A stretch of 64,000 bases of DNA, from positions 80,042,001-80,106,000 of the forward strand of contig OX597823.1 in NCBI GenBank assembly GCA_951406725.2. The letters run 5' to 3'. Shown here one piece after another: positions 52,820-64,000 of this stretch. This stretch comes from Octopus vulgaris. Taxonomy: Eukaryota. The notes below the pieces were generated by a model that saw only the letters and a program-made list of their open reading frames with translations, did not search any database and was not told the origin of the DNA. A program made the position numbers and the translations under genes. Each line of letters begins with the position of its first letter. Position 1 is the first letter of the stretch.

Positions 52820-52985
52820 TGGAGGAGGGGTTACTCAATATCATCGACTGGTATTCATTTTATCGACTGCGAAAGGAAGAAAGGCAAAGTCGACCTCGAC
52901 GAAATTTTTATTCAGAACATAGAACCAGAAGAAATGCCGCTAAGCAATTCGTCCGGCAAGCTAATGGTTCTGCCCGCTCGCCGTT
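52820..52985 (-). mobile_element. SINE family A, diverged
   Basis: ttttatcgactgcgaaaggaagaaaggcaaagtcgacctcg...aaatgccgctaagc. Confidence 0.8.
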
Positions 52986-53327
52986 TAGAAGTTGTATATC
53001 ACAAAACTAAGTATTGGGCAATTTGCAGCAAAATAGCGTTTCTATTGAGAATTAGACAATTTATCATAGAAAGGGAGGGAAATAGATTGCTTGATACAAA
53101 CTGCAACGTATATTATCATTAGTTACACACACACACACATAAGTATATATAATTATATACATACGTATTTATTCACATACATATAGAAATTCGATCATAG
53201 AATCTATGTGTGTGTGCGTTTGTGTGTAATTTTTATTCGGTGAATTAAAAAAATTAAACGTATTTTTATATAATTCTGATAATTACATATATAAATTATA
53301 TAATATATATGCACATATATGTATATT

Positions 53328-53380
<53 letters not shown>

Positions 53381-53422
53381 GTATATATATATACATATAA
53401 GTAGATAGACGTATATATACAT

Positions 53423-53463
<41 letters not shown>

Positions 53464-54569
53464 CATACATATATATATATATATATTCATGTTTAATGAA
53501 TTAATGTACATAAATTCAGAAATGAGGCCTATCATTCTTATATATTTTCTTCGTATGAGTCTGTCCAAATGCTTTCCTTTCATTATCCCTGTGTCGTGTT
53601 TTTTTTTCATTATTCCTCTACCATTAAGAAAATCACCCACAAATCTATTTCCTTATTTGTTTTTAGTCTTAATAGCATGTGTCAATTTTCAATCCCTCAT
53701 GATAGCAATGCATTACAAATTGTCGTATAATAGATACGTGGCGAAATGTCATAGTATATGCAATATGCATTAACCAGCTGGTTATCACATGATGTACTTA
53801 CTATCAATAACAAAACACCAGTAAATGGAATCCCCAGCTGTTATGGTATCTATTCCATGCGAGCCAGCCCTACTTTTATGTTTTAGACATCTTCGTGGAC
53901 ACACCTCTGTTTTAATTTTCGGTTTTTTTCTTTTGTGCACGAATTCAGAGAATGCTAATTATTATTAATGAATTTTTAAGCCATTATGGAAAGAGAAATA
54001 GTAATATGACGATATAACGTTCATGCCTTTTTTTTTTCATGGATATTGATTTCTGGGATCTTTATCGTTTTCATTTTGTACTTGTTTCAGTTACTGGACT
54101 CCCGTCTTGCAAATCGTTCTAGTCAAACAAATCGATCTAATTCTTATTTTTCAGCCTGGTACTTATTCTGAGAGATCTTTCTACACTGGTCCCTCCTCAG
54201 AGAAAATGTATAGTTTCCTTCGTTAAATAATTACATAGAATATTCATCTTACATATAACACCGTCTTCCATATAATACCTATGTCGAGTAGCTTGATTTG
54301 CAAATTTTTAAAATAATGATTCATCATTACTTACTATGTATATTTTTTTGCACCACACAGAAGAAGACCGAGTCCGTTTCCTCTGAGGGGCGTGTGACAG
54401 ACCGTGAAGCAGTCACTTAAGAAATTCAACCATATTTTGTTTTGTTTTGTTTTTACGCACACTAAAAGCTTAGAGGGAACGTGTCAACATTCTTGTCTTT
54501 CACTTAAAGCTCGGGTTTCTGAAATTTAAATCAGGTTTTCTGATTAGCACACCGCTGTGCTAATACGTT

Positions 54570-54644
<75 letters not shown>

Positions 54645-54706
54645 ATAATGCATATATATATATGTATATGTGTGTATATGTGTGTATATATACATACACA
54701 CATATA

Positions 54707-54750
<44 letters not shown>

Positions 54751-54754
<4 letters not shown>

Positions 54755-55322
54755 GGCAATAAGAAAATGAAGGGGATCAAGAGGTGGTATTCATCAACGT
54801 TTAGACATTATATTATGTCTATTTATTTATTAAACTCTCTGACGAAGCCCAGAGGCACACCCAAGTACCTTAATTTTATCTACCAAATACTTCGTTTCAC
54901 TGAAGGGATGGAAGTAAAGTGGGGTACTGTGACCTCTTGACTGAAACAGCTGTAAGAAACTATTCTACTTTCTATGTTCTATGTTATATATTTTAATAAT
55001 TACTGGTATTTTTATATATGTAAAGCATAATCTGTTATACATATATGTATATTGTTATAATTGTCTTTTTAAAAAATAAATAAATAGACATAATTTAATG
55101 TCTAAAAGTTGATGAATACCACCTCTTGGTCCCCTCCATTTTTTATTGCCGTATAATTTAAGGGTAAAATAACTTTTTACCCTCACCCATTTATTACATT
55201 CAGTAGTGTAATTGCCACGCAATAAAAAACACTTGTGTATTAATAATTAGGTATTCTACCAGTAGTATATTGCATAGATATTATCCCTTAGTTGGTTAGA
55301 TTCACAACCTCTTCCTTGGAAT
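54751..55322 (+). mobile_element. Insert in (TA)n headed by an inverted copy (54751-54834) of an internal segment (55070-55154); putative PLE pLTR
   Basis: atacggcaataa..gaggtggtattcatcaac versus gttgatgaataccacctc..ttattgccgtat; hammerhead between the arms. Confidence 0.78.
54836..54957 (+). ncRNA. Type-I hammerhead-like motif with ~95-nt stem II
   Basis: tct-CTGACGA-agcccagaggcac...gtgacctcttgact-GAAAC-agct-GTA-aga. Confidence 0.65.
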
Positions 55323-55367
<45 letters not shown>

Positions 55368-55427
55368 GTGTATGTATGTATATGTGTATATATATATACA
55401 TGTATGTATGTATATATGTATATATAT

Positions 55428-55466
<39 letters not shown>

Positions 55467-55734
55467 GCAAGTATCTTTGTATACACAGACGCACACACGC
55501 ATACACACACATATACACGGACATGAGGAGGGTTAATATTCTGATCTTGGTAATTTATACGACATGGAGACCGGGTATGAGTCCTAGAACCGGAACCAAC
55601 AGTGTCCATGGGTTGCTGTTGATGATAATGATGATGTGTGTGTGTGTGTGTGTGTGTGTTCGGGCGTGTATGTATATGTGTGTATGTGTGTGTACGTGTG
55701 TCTGTGCGTATGTGTGCGTGTATTTGTGACTGTG

Positions 55735-55925
55735 TTTGTTCCTCAACCACCGCTTGACAATCGGTTCTGGTGTGTTTACGTCACTGTAACCTAGCGGTTC
55801 AGCAAAAGAAGCCGCTAGTATAAGTACAAGGCTTAAGAAAAGAAAACAAATACTGGAGTTGAATAGTACGACTAAAATTGCTCAAGGCAGAATGATTGTA
55901 TTCTAAAGACTGAAACAAGTAAGAA
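55735..55925 (+). mobile_element. SINE family B, 3' half
   Basis: ccgcttgacaatcgg..ggtgtgtttacgtc..gactgaaacaagtaa. Confidence 0.8.
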
Positions 55926-55931
55926 ATTAAC

Positions 55932-55937
55932 ATGATG

Positions 55938-55999
<62 letters not shown>

Positions 56000-56161
56000 A
56001 ACAACAGCAACTACAACAACATCATCACCATCATCATCACCACCACCACCAACAACAACAACAACAGCAACAACAACAACAACAACAACAACAATAATAA
56101 TAATAATAATAATAATAACAAAAACAACAGCAACAACAACAACATCATCATCATCATCATC

Positions 56162-56192
<31 letters not shown>

Positions 56193-56224
56193 GCAACAAC
56201 AACAGCAACAACAACAGCAACAAC

Positions 56225-56277
<53 letters not shown>
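55932..56277. repeat. Compound (TAA)(CAA)(CAT)(CAC) tract with a duplicated higher-order unit
   Basis: aacaaaaacaacagcaac..catcatca..ccaccacc occurs at ~55994 and ~56117. Confidence 0.85.
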
Positions 56278-56291
56278 TCTTAACTACCAGC

Positions 56292-56385
56292 ATGGCTGAA
56301 AAAATCGGTGCAAGTGTGAAGGTAGAACACCTACAAAAACCAGCATTGCTTGGAACTGCAAGAATTATTCACAGAAATCTTGAAG
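56292..56385 (+). mobile_element. C-terminal end of an RLE-type LINE ORF (R4/Dong-like) within TAA arrays
   Basis: EKIGASVKVEHLQKPALLGTARIIHRNLE resembles the R4-clade terminal motif LQK..LLGTA.ILR.VL. Confidence 0.72.
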
Positions 56386-56666
56386 CAAATACGGTACGAA
56401 GCAATGGAATGTGTTACATTGGTGAAGTGGGGAGTAACCGGAAATTGGAAACTCTTTAGGAAAGAGGTTAAGTAAGCTAGCAAAGAAATAACTGCAACAA
56501 CTTATAGTTCTTTATCTAACAGAAGACAAAAGTTGTATTATATATTAGAATAGTTTATAGCGAGCCAATAGATACCTTAGTGTATGTGTGCAGGAATTTA
56601 AGCTCTGACCAGATTTTAAACGTTTAGATTTTACTACAAGATAAGTAATTTCTCAATTAGCTACAA
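56386..56666 (+). repeat. ~280-bp direct duplication, copy 1
   Basis: Collinear with 59565-59844. Confidence 0.92.
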
Positions 56667-56753
56667 TTGGCTGTGGACAGCTGACACTTTAAATCATACC
56701 CAGCAATATAAGCTGTGAGTTTTAATACAATGATAATAATAATGATGATGATG

Positions 56754-56826
<73 letters not shown>

Positions 56827-56918
56827 TAATAACGATAACAATAATAATAATAATAATAATAACAACAACAACAACAACAACAATAATAATAATAATAATG
56901 ATGATGATGATAATAATG

Positions 56919-56968
<50 letters not shown>

Positions 56969-56993
56969 CATGATGATCATGGTGATCATGATG

Positions 56994-57098
<105 letters not shown>

Positions 57099-57421
57099 CG
57101 AGACAGACAGAAAGAGGAGAGAGAAAGAGAGACGGCCAGATAGAGAGAATAATATGTCTAGCTATGGACATGCATTCAAAATTTATTGGCCCTTTGCCTA
57201 TGTTGCAAATTATAGCGTACAGTCAACCATTTGTGCATTAATATGAACAATGCTTCATGGTTGTATCATAGTTGTGGTTAAAAGAAGAGAACGAAAGGGT
57301 GAAGAATGCTGAAAAGATAAATGTTTGCTCCCAATTATTAGTTAAACATGAATAACTTTTCTTCGTCTAATCGACTGGCTACCTCTCCCCAAATTTCGGC
57401 TTGTACCTGGAGTAGAAAAAA

Positions 57422-57826
57422 AGTGGCTGTGTGGTAAGTAGCTTGCTTACCAACCAGAAGGTTCCGGGTTCAGTCCCACTGCGTGGCACCTTGGGCAAGT
57501 GTCTTCTACTATAGCCGCGGGCCGACTAAAACCTTGTGAGTGGATTCGGTAGACGGAAACTGAAAGAAGCCCGTCGTATATATGTATATATATATGTATG
57601 TGTATGTATATTTGTGTGTCTGGGTTTGTCCCCCCCCCCAACATCGCTTGACAACCGATGCTGGTGTGTTTACGTCACCGTCACATAGCGGTTCGGCAAA
57701 AGAGACCGATAGAATAAGTACTAGGCTTTCAAAGAATATGTCCTGGGGTCGAATTACTCGACTAAAGACGGTGCTCCAGCATGACCGCAGTCAAATGACT
57801 GAGACAAGTAGAAGAGTGAAAGAGTA
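57422..57826 (+). mobile_element. SINE family B, full length, preceded by a SINE A tail fragment (57366-57421)
   Basis: Collinear with the other B copies. Confidence 0.92.
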
Positions 57827-58180
57827 TCCATTTTTTTATTCCTCGACTCAGTTATAATACAATGGTTGTGTGCATTTAGTCAAGCAGACGTGCACATGTT
57901 TACATACCTACACAAAAATATGAATAAGAAATAAATATTCTCATATTTCAGCATCTTCTGGTAAACATGTGCATACTTTTTCACGCCTAAATGAGCATGC
58001 ACAAACGGGTATTTTACACATGCATGCACGTTGAATTGTGGGCGTGACTTAGACAACCGCACCAATATTAATATACACAAATAGTGACACTGAATAGCTA
58101 CTCAAAATACACGTGCTTGTGTGAATGCATATGTAAACGTTCATGTGTGCATGCCTGTGCTTATATTCATACAGTCAAAA

Positions 58181-58545
58181 GGCGGCGAGCTGGCAGAAAC
58201 GTTAGCACACCGGGCTAAATGCTTAGCGGTATTTCGTCTGCCGCTACGTTCTGAGTTCAAATTCCGCCGAGGTCGACTTTGCCTTTCATCCTTTCGGGGT
58301 CGATATATTAAGTAGCAGTTGCGTACTGAAGTCGATCTAATCGACTGACCCCCCCCCCTCGGATTTTCGGGCCTTGTGCCTGGAGTAGAAAAATTTTCGG
58401 GCCTTGTGCCTGGTGTGATAAGTAGCTTGCTTACCAACCATATGGTTCCGGGTTGAGTCCCACTGCGTGGCACCTTGGGCAAGTGTCTTCTATTATAGCC
58501 TCGGGCCTACCAAAGACCTGTGAGTGGATTTGGTAGACGGAAAAT
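58181..58545 (+). mobile_element. Intact SINE A fused to a SINE B head
   Basis: A at 58181-58392, duplicated ttttcgggccttgtgcctgg, then B from tgtgataagtagcttgcttacc. Confidence 0.9.
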
Positions 58546-58696
58546 ATATTAATACAGTCTATATTCATGAATATTTATAAGCAATGCGTGATACTGCTCG
58601 CACACATAACTGGTTTGTTTTCAATTTATTCATATACACACTTTTCCACATATAACTATACATTAATTTGCACAAATGCCCGCTGAACAAATAACT

Positions 58697-59012
58697 AACC
58701 GGTACTCCGTCAGTTACGACGACGAAGATTTCAGTTGACCGATCAACAGCCTGCTCATGAAATTAACGTGCAAGTGAATGAGCACTTTATAGATACGTGT
58801 GCCCTTCACCTGGTTCTCAGGAAGATTCAGAGTGACACAGAATGACAAGGTTGGCCCTTTGAAATACAGGTGCTACTCCCTTTTGTCAGCTGAATGGACT
58901 AAGGCAACGTTGAAAAACGTATCTTGGTTAAGGACACAACGCGCTGCTGGGAAACGAACTCATGACCTTACGATCATGCGGCGAATACCCTGACCACCAA
59001 GCCACGCACCTT
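58697..59012 (-). mobile_element. SINE family C, full length
   Basis: Collinear with 29766-30092. Confidence 0.87.
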
Positions 59013-59164
59013 CATAACAAATAACAATTGCACATTCTAATGTAAGCTGCTGATCCGACGAAAGGTGAACCAAACGGTGTGGCAAGAGAAGAAATGAAAG
59101 GTTATTATAAGATACTTTAAAGCAATGGAGCATTGAATTAAAGTGGAGGAGAGATAAATATATA

Positions 59165-59388
59165 TATGGAAAGTTCACGAGAAAAAAAAAAAGACAAAGA
59201 CAGGTGGTGTACAAAACAAACAGATGTATTAGTATAACGCTCAGGAATTGAAAAAGTCTTTTATGTTTCGAGTCTACGCTCTTCTACAGAGAGGGACACA
59301 GAAAAAAACAAGGAGAGAAACAAGGAGAGAAAAAAATGTGTGTAGTGGCTACCGATCTATCATGGTGATAAATATATATATTTTTTGT
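59165..59388 (-). mobile_element. Repeat family H
   Basis: Reverse complement matches 8080-8270, including CTGTAGA-a-gagc-gtag-actc-GAAAC. Confidence 0.65.
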
Positions 59389-59564
59389 AATGGTGATAGA
59401 TATCAATGACTGTTGAATAGCTAACGATGAAAGGCACTGCACATGATATAATAGAAGTGGCAACACAAAGCTAAATTAATTAAATGAAGTAAAACTGAAC
59501 GAATGAAAACAAAATAAATTAAACCAAAGTAAAGCTAAATGTTAAAAACGTTCTGTTCTGAAAA

Positions 59565-59844
59565 CAAATACGGTACAAAGCAAAGGAATGCGTTACATTG
59601 GTGATGTGTGGAGTAACCGGAAATTGGAAGCTCTTATGGAAGGAGTTTAAGAAAGCTAGCAAATAACTGCAACAACTTATAGTGTTTTTATCAAACAGAA
59701 GACAAACGTTGTATTATATATTAGAATAGTTTATAGCGAGCCAATAGATACTTTAGTGTATGTGTGCAGGAATTTAGACTCTGACCAAATATTTTAATCG
59801 TTTAGATTTTACTACAAGATAAGTAATTCCTCAATTAGCTACAA
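59565..59844 (+). repeat. ~280-bp direct duplication, copy 2
   Basis: Collinear with 56386-56666. Confidence 0.92.
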
Positions 59845-61412
59845 CTGGTGATGGAACCTAAACATGAACTTTCGATGGTATTATGATTGCGTGTAGTCTA
59901 GGATGACTAAGTGACGGTGTACAAGTAGCCTGTCATCTGTCTAAGGACAGAAAATTACTTCGATAAAGAGGTCGCACTGCGTCTTTACGGAACAGTGAAG
60001 GAATGTCTACACTATGCCTGATAAAAGTTAGAACGGTTACGGCTAGATTTCATTTGGTCTCAGGCTTGCCTGATCCGGGCCGACATGGGATAAATAACAG
60101 TGAAACATTGATAATTATGCAAAAATATATTAGAATTATTAAATGGGGCTAAAATAGATCCTGTAGTGTTCATTCCTCACATAAGTTGACTGAACGTCAG
60201 CGAAGCAAAAACGGCGACAACCTGCAATGATTCTCTGAGCTTTCTTTTTGAACTGAATTGACCTAGCCGGGTTTCCTGATGCAGTCATCCTGAATAGGCA
60301 AGCTTTTTCTGTAATGCCGTACTTAAGATATTTTCTACAACTCTTCCCATCGCGGTGTGTAAGGAGTGTCTTGTTAACTAGACACGAAAGTAATAATGCG
60401 AATATGGGATATTGTGACGTATAAGCCATTCCCAAGAGCATTGGTAATTTGAGTGATAAGAAATTGCTTCAACTGGAGTCGAAACTATGTCACAGAATTG
60501 GCTTCCCAGGAATCTGCTTCTATTCTAAGACGCCCACCTCCACCTTTCGAGTTTTTTCTTATAGCGCTGATAGACCTATTTCTGTCGCGACTTTTATCGC
60601 AAAACTATTGCCTTACTAAACTTTTAATTTCCGCAATAGTCGACATGCGAAGCATATTTCACTACCAAGATGTTTATAGGTGGATACACAGGTATTAAAT
60701 GTACCTGTACTACACAGGTATTAAATGCAAGCAAAGAGGAAAAATATCGTAGAGTTCAAGAAGAGCGCTTCGTATGATGGTTTTGTGACTCAGTTTCGAT
60801 TCCCGATTGAGAACTTAGCAAAGTACGAAACTGGGGTGTGACTTCACATTCAATTGATCGCAACTAAGTCTAGTGAAATAGTAGGAATGCGTGCCCAGTC
60901 TTTTAGCAATATCATTTGCGAAATACTAATGTCATGTCTAATGGTAAGTTTATTTGCCAGCTGTTTAACACTGTAAAACCGAAGCCCCGATCAATCCTTT
61001 AAAAGAACCTTGTGTAATGGGAGAATTTTACGTTTATAATTTAATTCACTTAATCCTAAACCAACCAAAAAGACTCTGCGCCAACTGTTGTCAAACAGGG
61101 AGCCACAGCGTACGGGTAGAATCACCCGGATTATCTAGCTGCGCTGCTGACTTTAAAAATCTTAATTTATGGCTTTAGATAAGCTATACCAGTCCAAATT
61201 AATTCAATGTAATTCAGAGTTATTCAGAGTTTTGTTTCACACAAATATGATTAATAGAACGAAGCAGTTGTAGTAGTTTTCTATAGTTCCACCCCATTTT
61301 GGTTTAAATGCTCCACGTGCGGTGCACAAGTATTTTAAAACTTTCCATACAAAATCTTTTCACTTGGATTCCTGAACGTCATGAAGTATAAAACGATAAC
61401 CTCTATATTATA

Positions 61413-61620
61413 AGTCGTTTGACCACCTAGAACTAGCAGCAAAATGTCCCTCAGACCCCACTCATCTGACTTAAATAAAGTACATGTGAGAGAATAAATA
61501 TTCCACAAATAAATAAGTAAATAAATAAGTAAATAAATAAACGACACATGACCACGGCTGGCTGGAGTATTTTTGACCATAGGTTTGGTCAATCAGGGTT
61601 TATTTATGCTAATCAACAAT
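61413..61620 (+). repeat. Old diverged interspersed repeat (related pieces at ~390-525 +, 23115-23300 -, 25175-25385 -, 63535-63615 -)
   Basis: Shared degenerate motif gac..gctagaa.tagcagc.aaat.tccctc. Confidence 0.45.
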
Positions 61621-62911
61621 AACAGTAATACCAAAAAATAACTCCACTTCAGTCATGGGTTGTAAGAACCATAGACATTTCATTTCATTTCATTCTGAAA
61701 TTTTTCTACCTTATGGTCTATTCGATGTAATTGATACTATGTAAATAAAGCGAGTTGGAGATGACGTAAGCATCTGTGGGTGGGGCTTGAATTTACATAA
61801 ATGTAAACGAAATGCGAACAGAGCCGGACATGGTATAGAATGGAGAAAATAGTTGAGTTTGCATAAAAATTATATATTGTTGAGCTATCGAACAAGGTAC
61901 TTTATAACGCAGACGCCTGGCACCATCTGGTACCACACCTCGTTATTCTTATTTCAAGACTGCTTGGAATTCATTCAGTCATAATCGCATTTTACAAACT
62001 ATTTTAGATCACTTGTTTTCTGTGTGCATGCGCGCGCGCGTATGTGTGCTTGATTTTATCGTTGCTGTTGTTGTCCTCTTCTTCCTCTTCTTCCAATCAG
62101 GATTCACTCTATTAGCCACAAAGAATAATCTCTAATTCGAGCCTACTCTAAGCTACTAAGAATACATGTGGCAACTTGAGGGTCCACCCACCACACGCGA
62201 TAGACTGGCGGTTGTACGGTCGCGAAAGCTACGTTGTTATCCGCATTCCGTAAACGGTGGCTTTTAACGGGTGGAAAGCTGAACCATCCTGGGGTACAGA
62301 GGATTCGCAATGTAGACTAGGGTCTGAAAGTTTTACCACACCATAGTGGGTTACACTATGGCTCCTCTGATTTGTGGCAGAAGTAGGAAGAAAGAGTGAG
62401 AGAAAGTTGTGATGAAAGAGTACAGCTGGGTTCACCCCGCCCCCGCTGGAGCCTCGTAGACCTTAGGTGCGCTGTTGTTGGTGCTACAGTTTGTTATTGT
62501 TTCTTTCCAAGGACGCCCTGACTGATCATAGCTAACATAAAATAATGCAACAGTCGTACATGACAACAGAAACAAACATTGCCCAATGTATTTGTTTATA
62601 TACATTAAAACCTCCCTAAACTAGAAACCATTCGCTAAGTGATACCTTAGCCGTAATTAGAATCCCAATGAAGGACAATCATGCAATATCAACGTAAGTT
62701 ATACTACAAACAACTAAAGCAATGTAAACCAAGAAACCTTCAACAAGTTCTATCCAACATGAATGAAGGAAAACTTAGAACAGACTACAAGGTATAAAGA
62801 TTCACAAACAACAAGCGCATCAAACATATATTCCGATTATTAATTACCTAACGCAAAGCTGGATTAAGAACCATAGAGGCTCCATGTACCACCATCCAAT
62901 ATAATAAAATA

Positions 62912-63159
62912 AATGTACCCTTTTAAAGCCTAGCTAGGCTCATGGGCCCGGTTTCCCGGTTTCAATGGCGTATGTGTACCCCAGCTGGACGGGACGCCAG
63001 TCCATCGCAGCGTTACTCATTTTTGCCAGCTGAGTGGACTGGAGCCACATGAAATGAAGTGTTTTGCTCAAGAACACAACGCGTTGCCCGGTCCACGAAT
63101 CGAAACCACAATCTTACGATCATGATCCTGACACCCTAACCACTAAGCCACGCGCCTCC
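62912..63159 (-). mobile_element. SINE with family C head and core but a different 3' tail
   Basis: Reverse-complement head ggaggcgcgtggcttagtggttaggg; core actcatttttgccagctgagtggactggagc shared with C; tail related to 29650-29680. Confidence 0.85.
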
Positions 63160-63282
63160 AAACCATCCGATATATATATATCAAAATATAAACAAAAATA
63201 AACCATTAAATAAATTGTTATTTTTCAAAATGAAACTAAAACAGTAACATGGAAAATAATGGTTTGTTTTATATATTTCCAT

Positions 63283-63375
63283 TTTATTTATATATGAAAA
63301 ATCTTTAATCAGATCCTCAAAATTAATCTTTCGTAACTCATCTGCTTCTATACTTAGTAGATATAAGGTATCCCG
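63283..63375 (-). mobile_element. hAT transposase C-terminal dimerisation-domain fragment
   Basis: RDTLYLLSIEADELRKINFEDLIKDFS resembles the hAT motif L..LSIE.D....I.F..II..FA. Confidence 0.7.
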
Positions 63376-63415
63376 GAATTTTTTTAGCAAGCTTAAATTG
63401 ATTTTGTGTGTGTGA

Positions 63416-63478
<63 letters not shown>

Positions 63479-64000
63479 GTAAGCCATTTATTATTTCTGT
63501 AGTGCCCCTACCACTTCTCTCGAAGCGCCTAATTTTGCTTAACGTTTAATTCAGCGCTGACCTAACGGGTGGGTAATTGAAGGAAGATTTGGTTGCTATG
63601 ACTTGCTAGTCGAACGATTGCATATCACGTGTTTTCTTATTATTATTTTTGTGGCTACTACTGCTGCAGTTGCTATCGATGTTGTTATTGTTGGTGGTAG
63701 TGGCGGTGGGTTTGTTATTGTTCAATGGTGCCTCTCAACCCAGCTTGTTTAAGCCTTATGTCATGAAGATTGCCGTTGAATTTAAACAAGGTAAAGTGAG
63801 GGATCGATATCTGATAAGTGAGTGACCGACATTTTCTATAAGTATTGATGGCATGATTGAAAGGAATTTATGTCGCCTATAGGTCGTACTTCAGATGATA
63901 TACAACTTTTATAGTAAACATGAAATGTTTTAAGCTTTGGGAATCAAATTCTTGTATCGCACACAAAATTATAATTCATTTTCGTCGTTTGCTTTTACAA

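Noticed and set aside
60139-60698. Non-repetitive ORFs of 100 and 81 aa
   Set aside because: No recognisable domain, splice structure or second copy; possibly old transposon debris.

Overview
AT-rich, microsatellite-saturated eukaryotic non-coding DNA (intron or intergenic). The repeat content is what I recognise from Octopus genomes; this is an inference, not a search result. No intact protein-coding gene is visible, and almost every ORF in the track is a translated (TA)n, (CA)n, (TAA)n, (GATA)n or (TATG)n tract. The window holds: three abundant tRNA-headed SINE families (called A, B, C here); decayed LINE fragments (CR1-like, RTE-like, R4/Dong-like); a pogo/Tigger4-like DNA transposon; a mariner-type MITE; a GG..CC TIR MITE; a hAT fragment; three non-autonomous Helitrons; and Penelope-like element (PLE) remnants. 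The most striking pattern is a series of sequence-unrelated fold-back (inverted-repeat) inserts, many inside (TA)n tracts. Most carry a type-I hammerhead ribozyme core (CUGANGA/CCGANGA...GAAA-palindrome-NUH). One of these families is physically linked to a GIY-YIG endonuclease fragment and also carries a tRNA-like Pol III module just upstream of the ribozyme. A small unique region at 21.3-21.7 kb looks regulatory (tandem E-boxes, CCAAT, CRE) and contains a candidate 15-nt microexon or first-exon donor.
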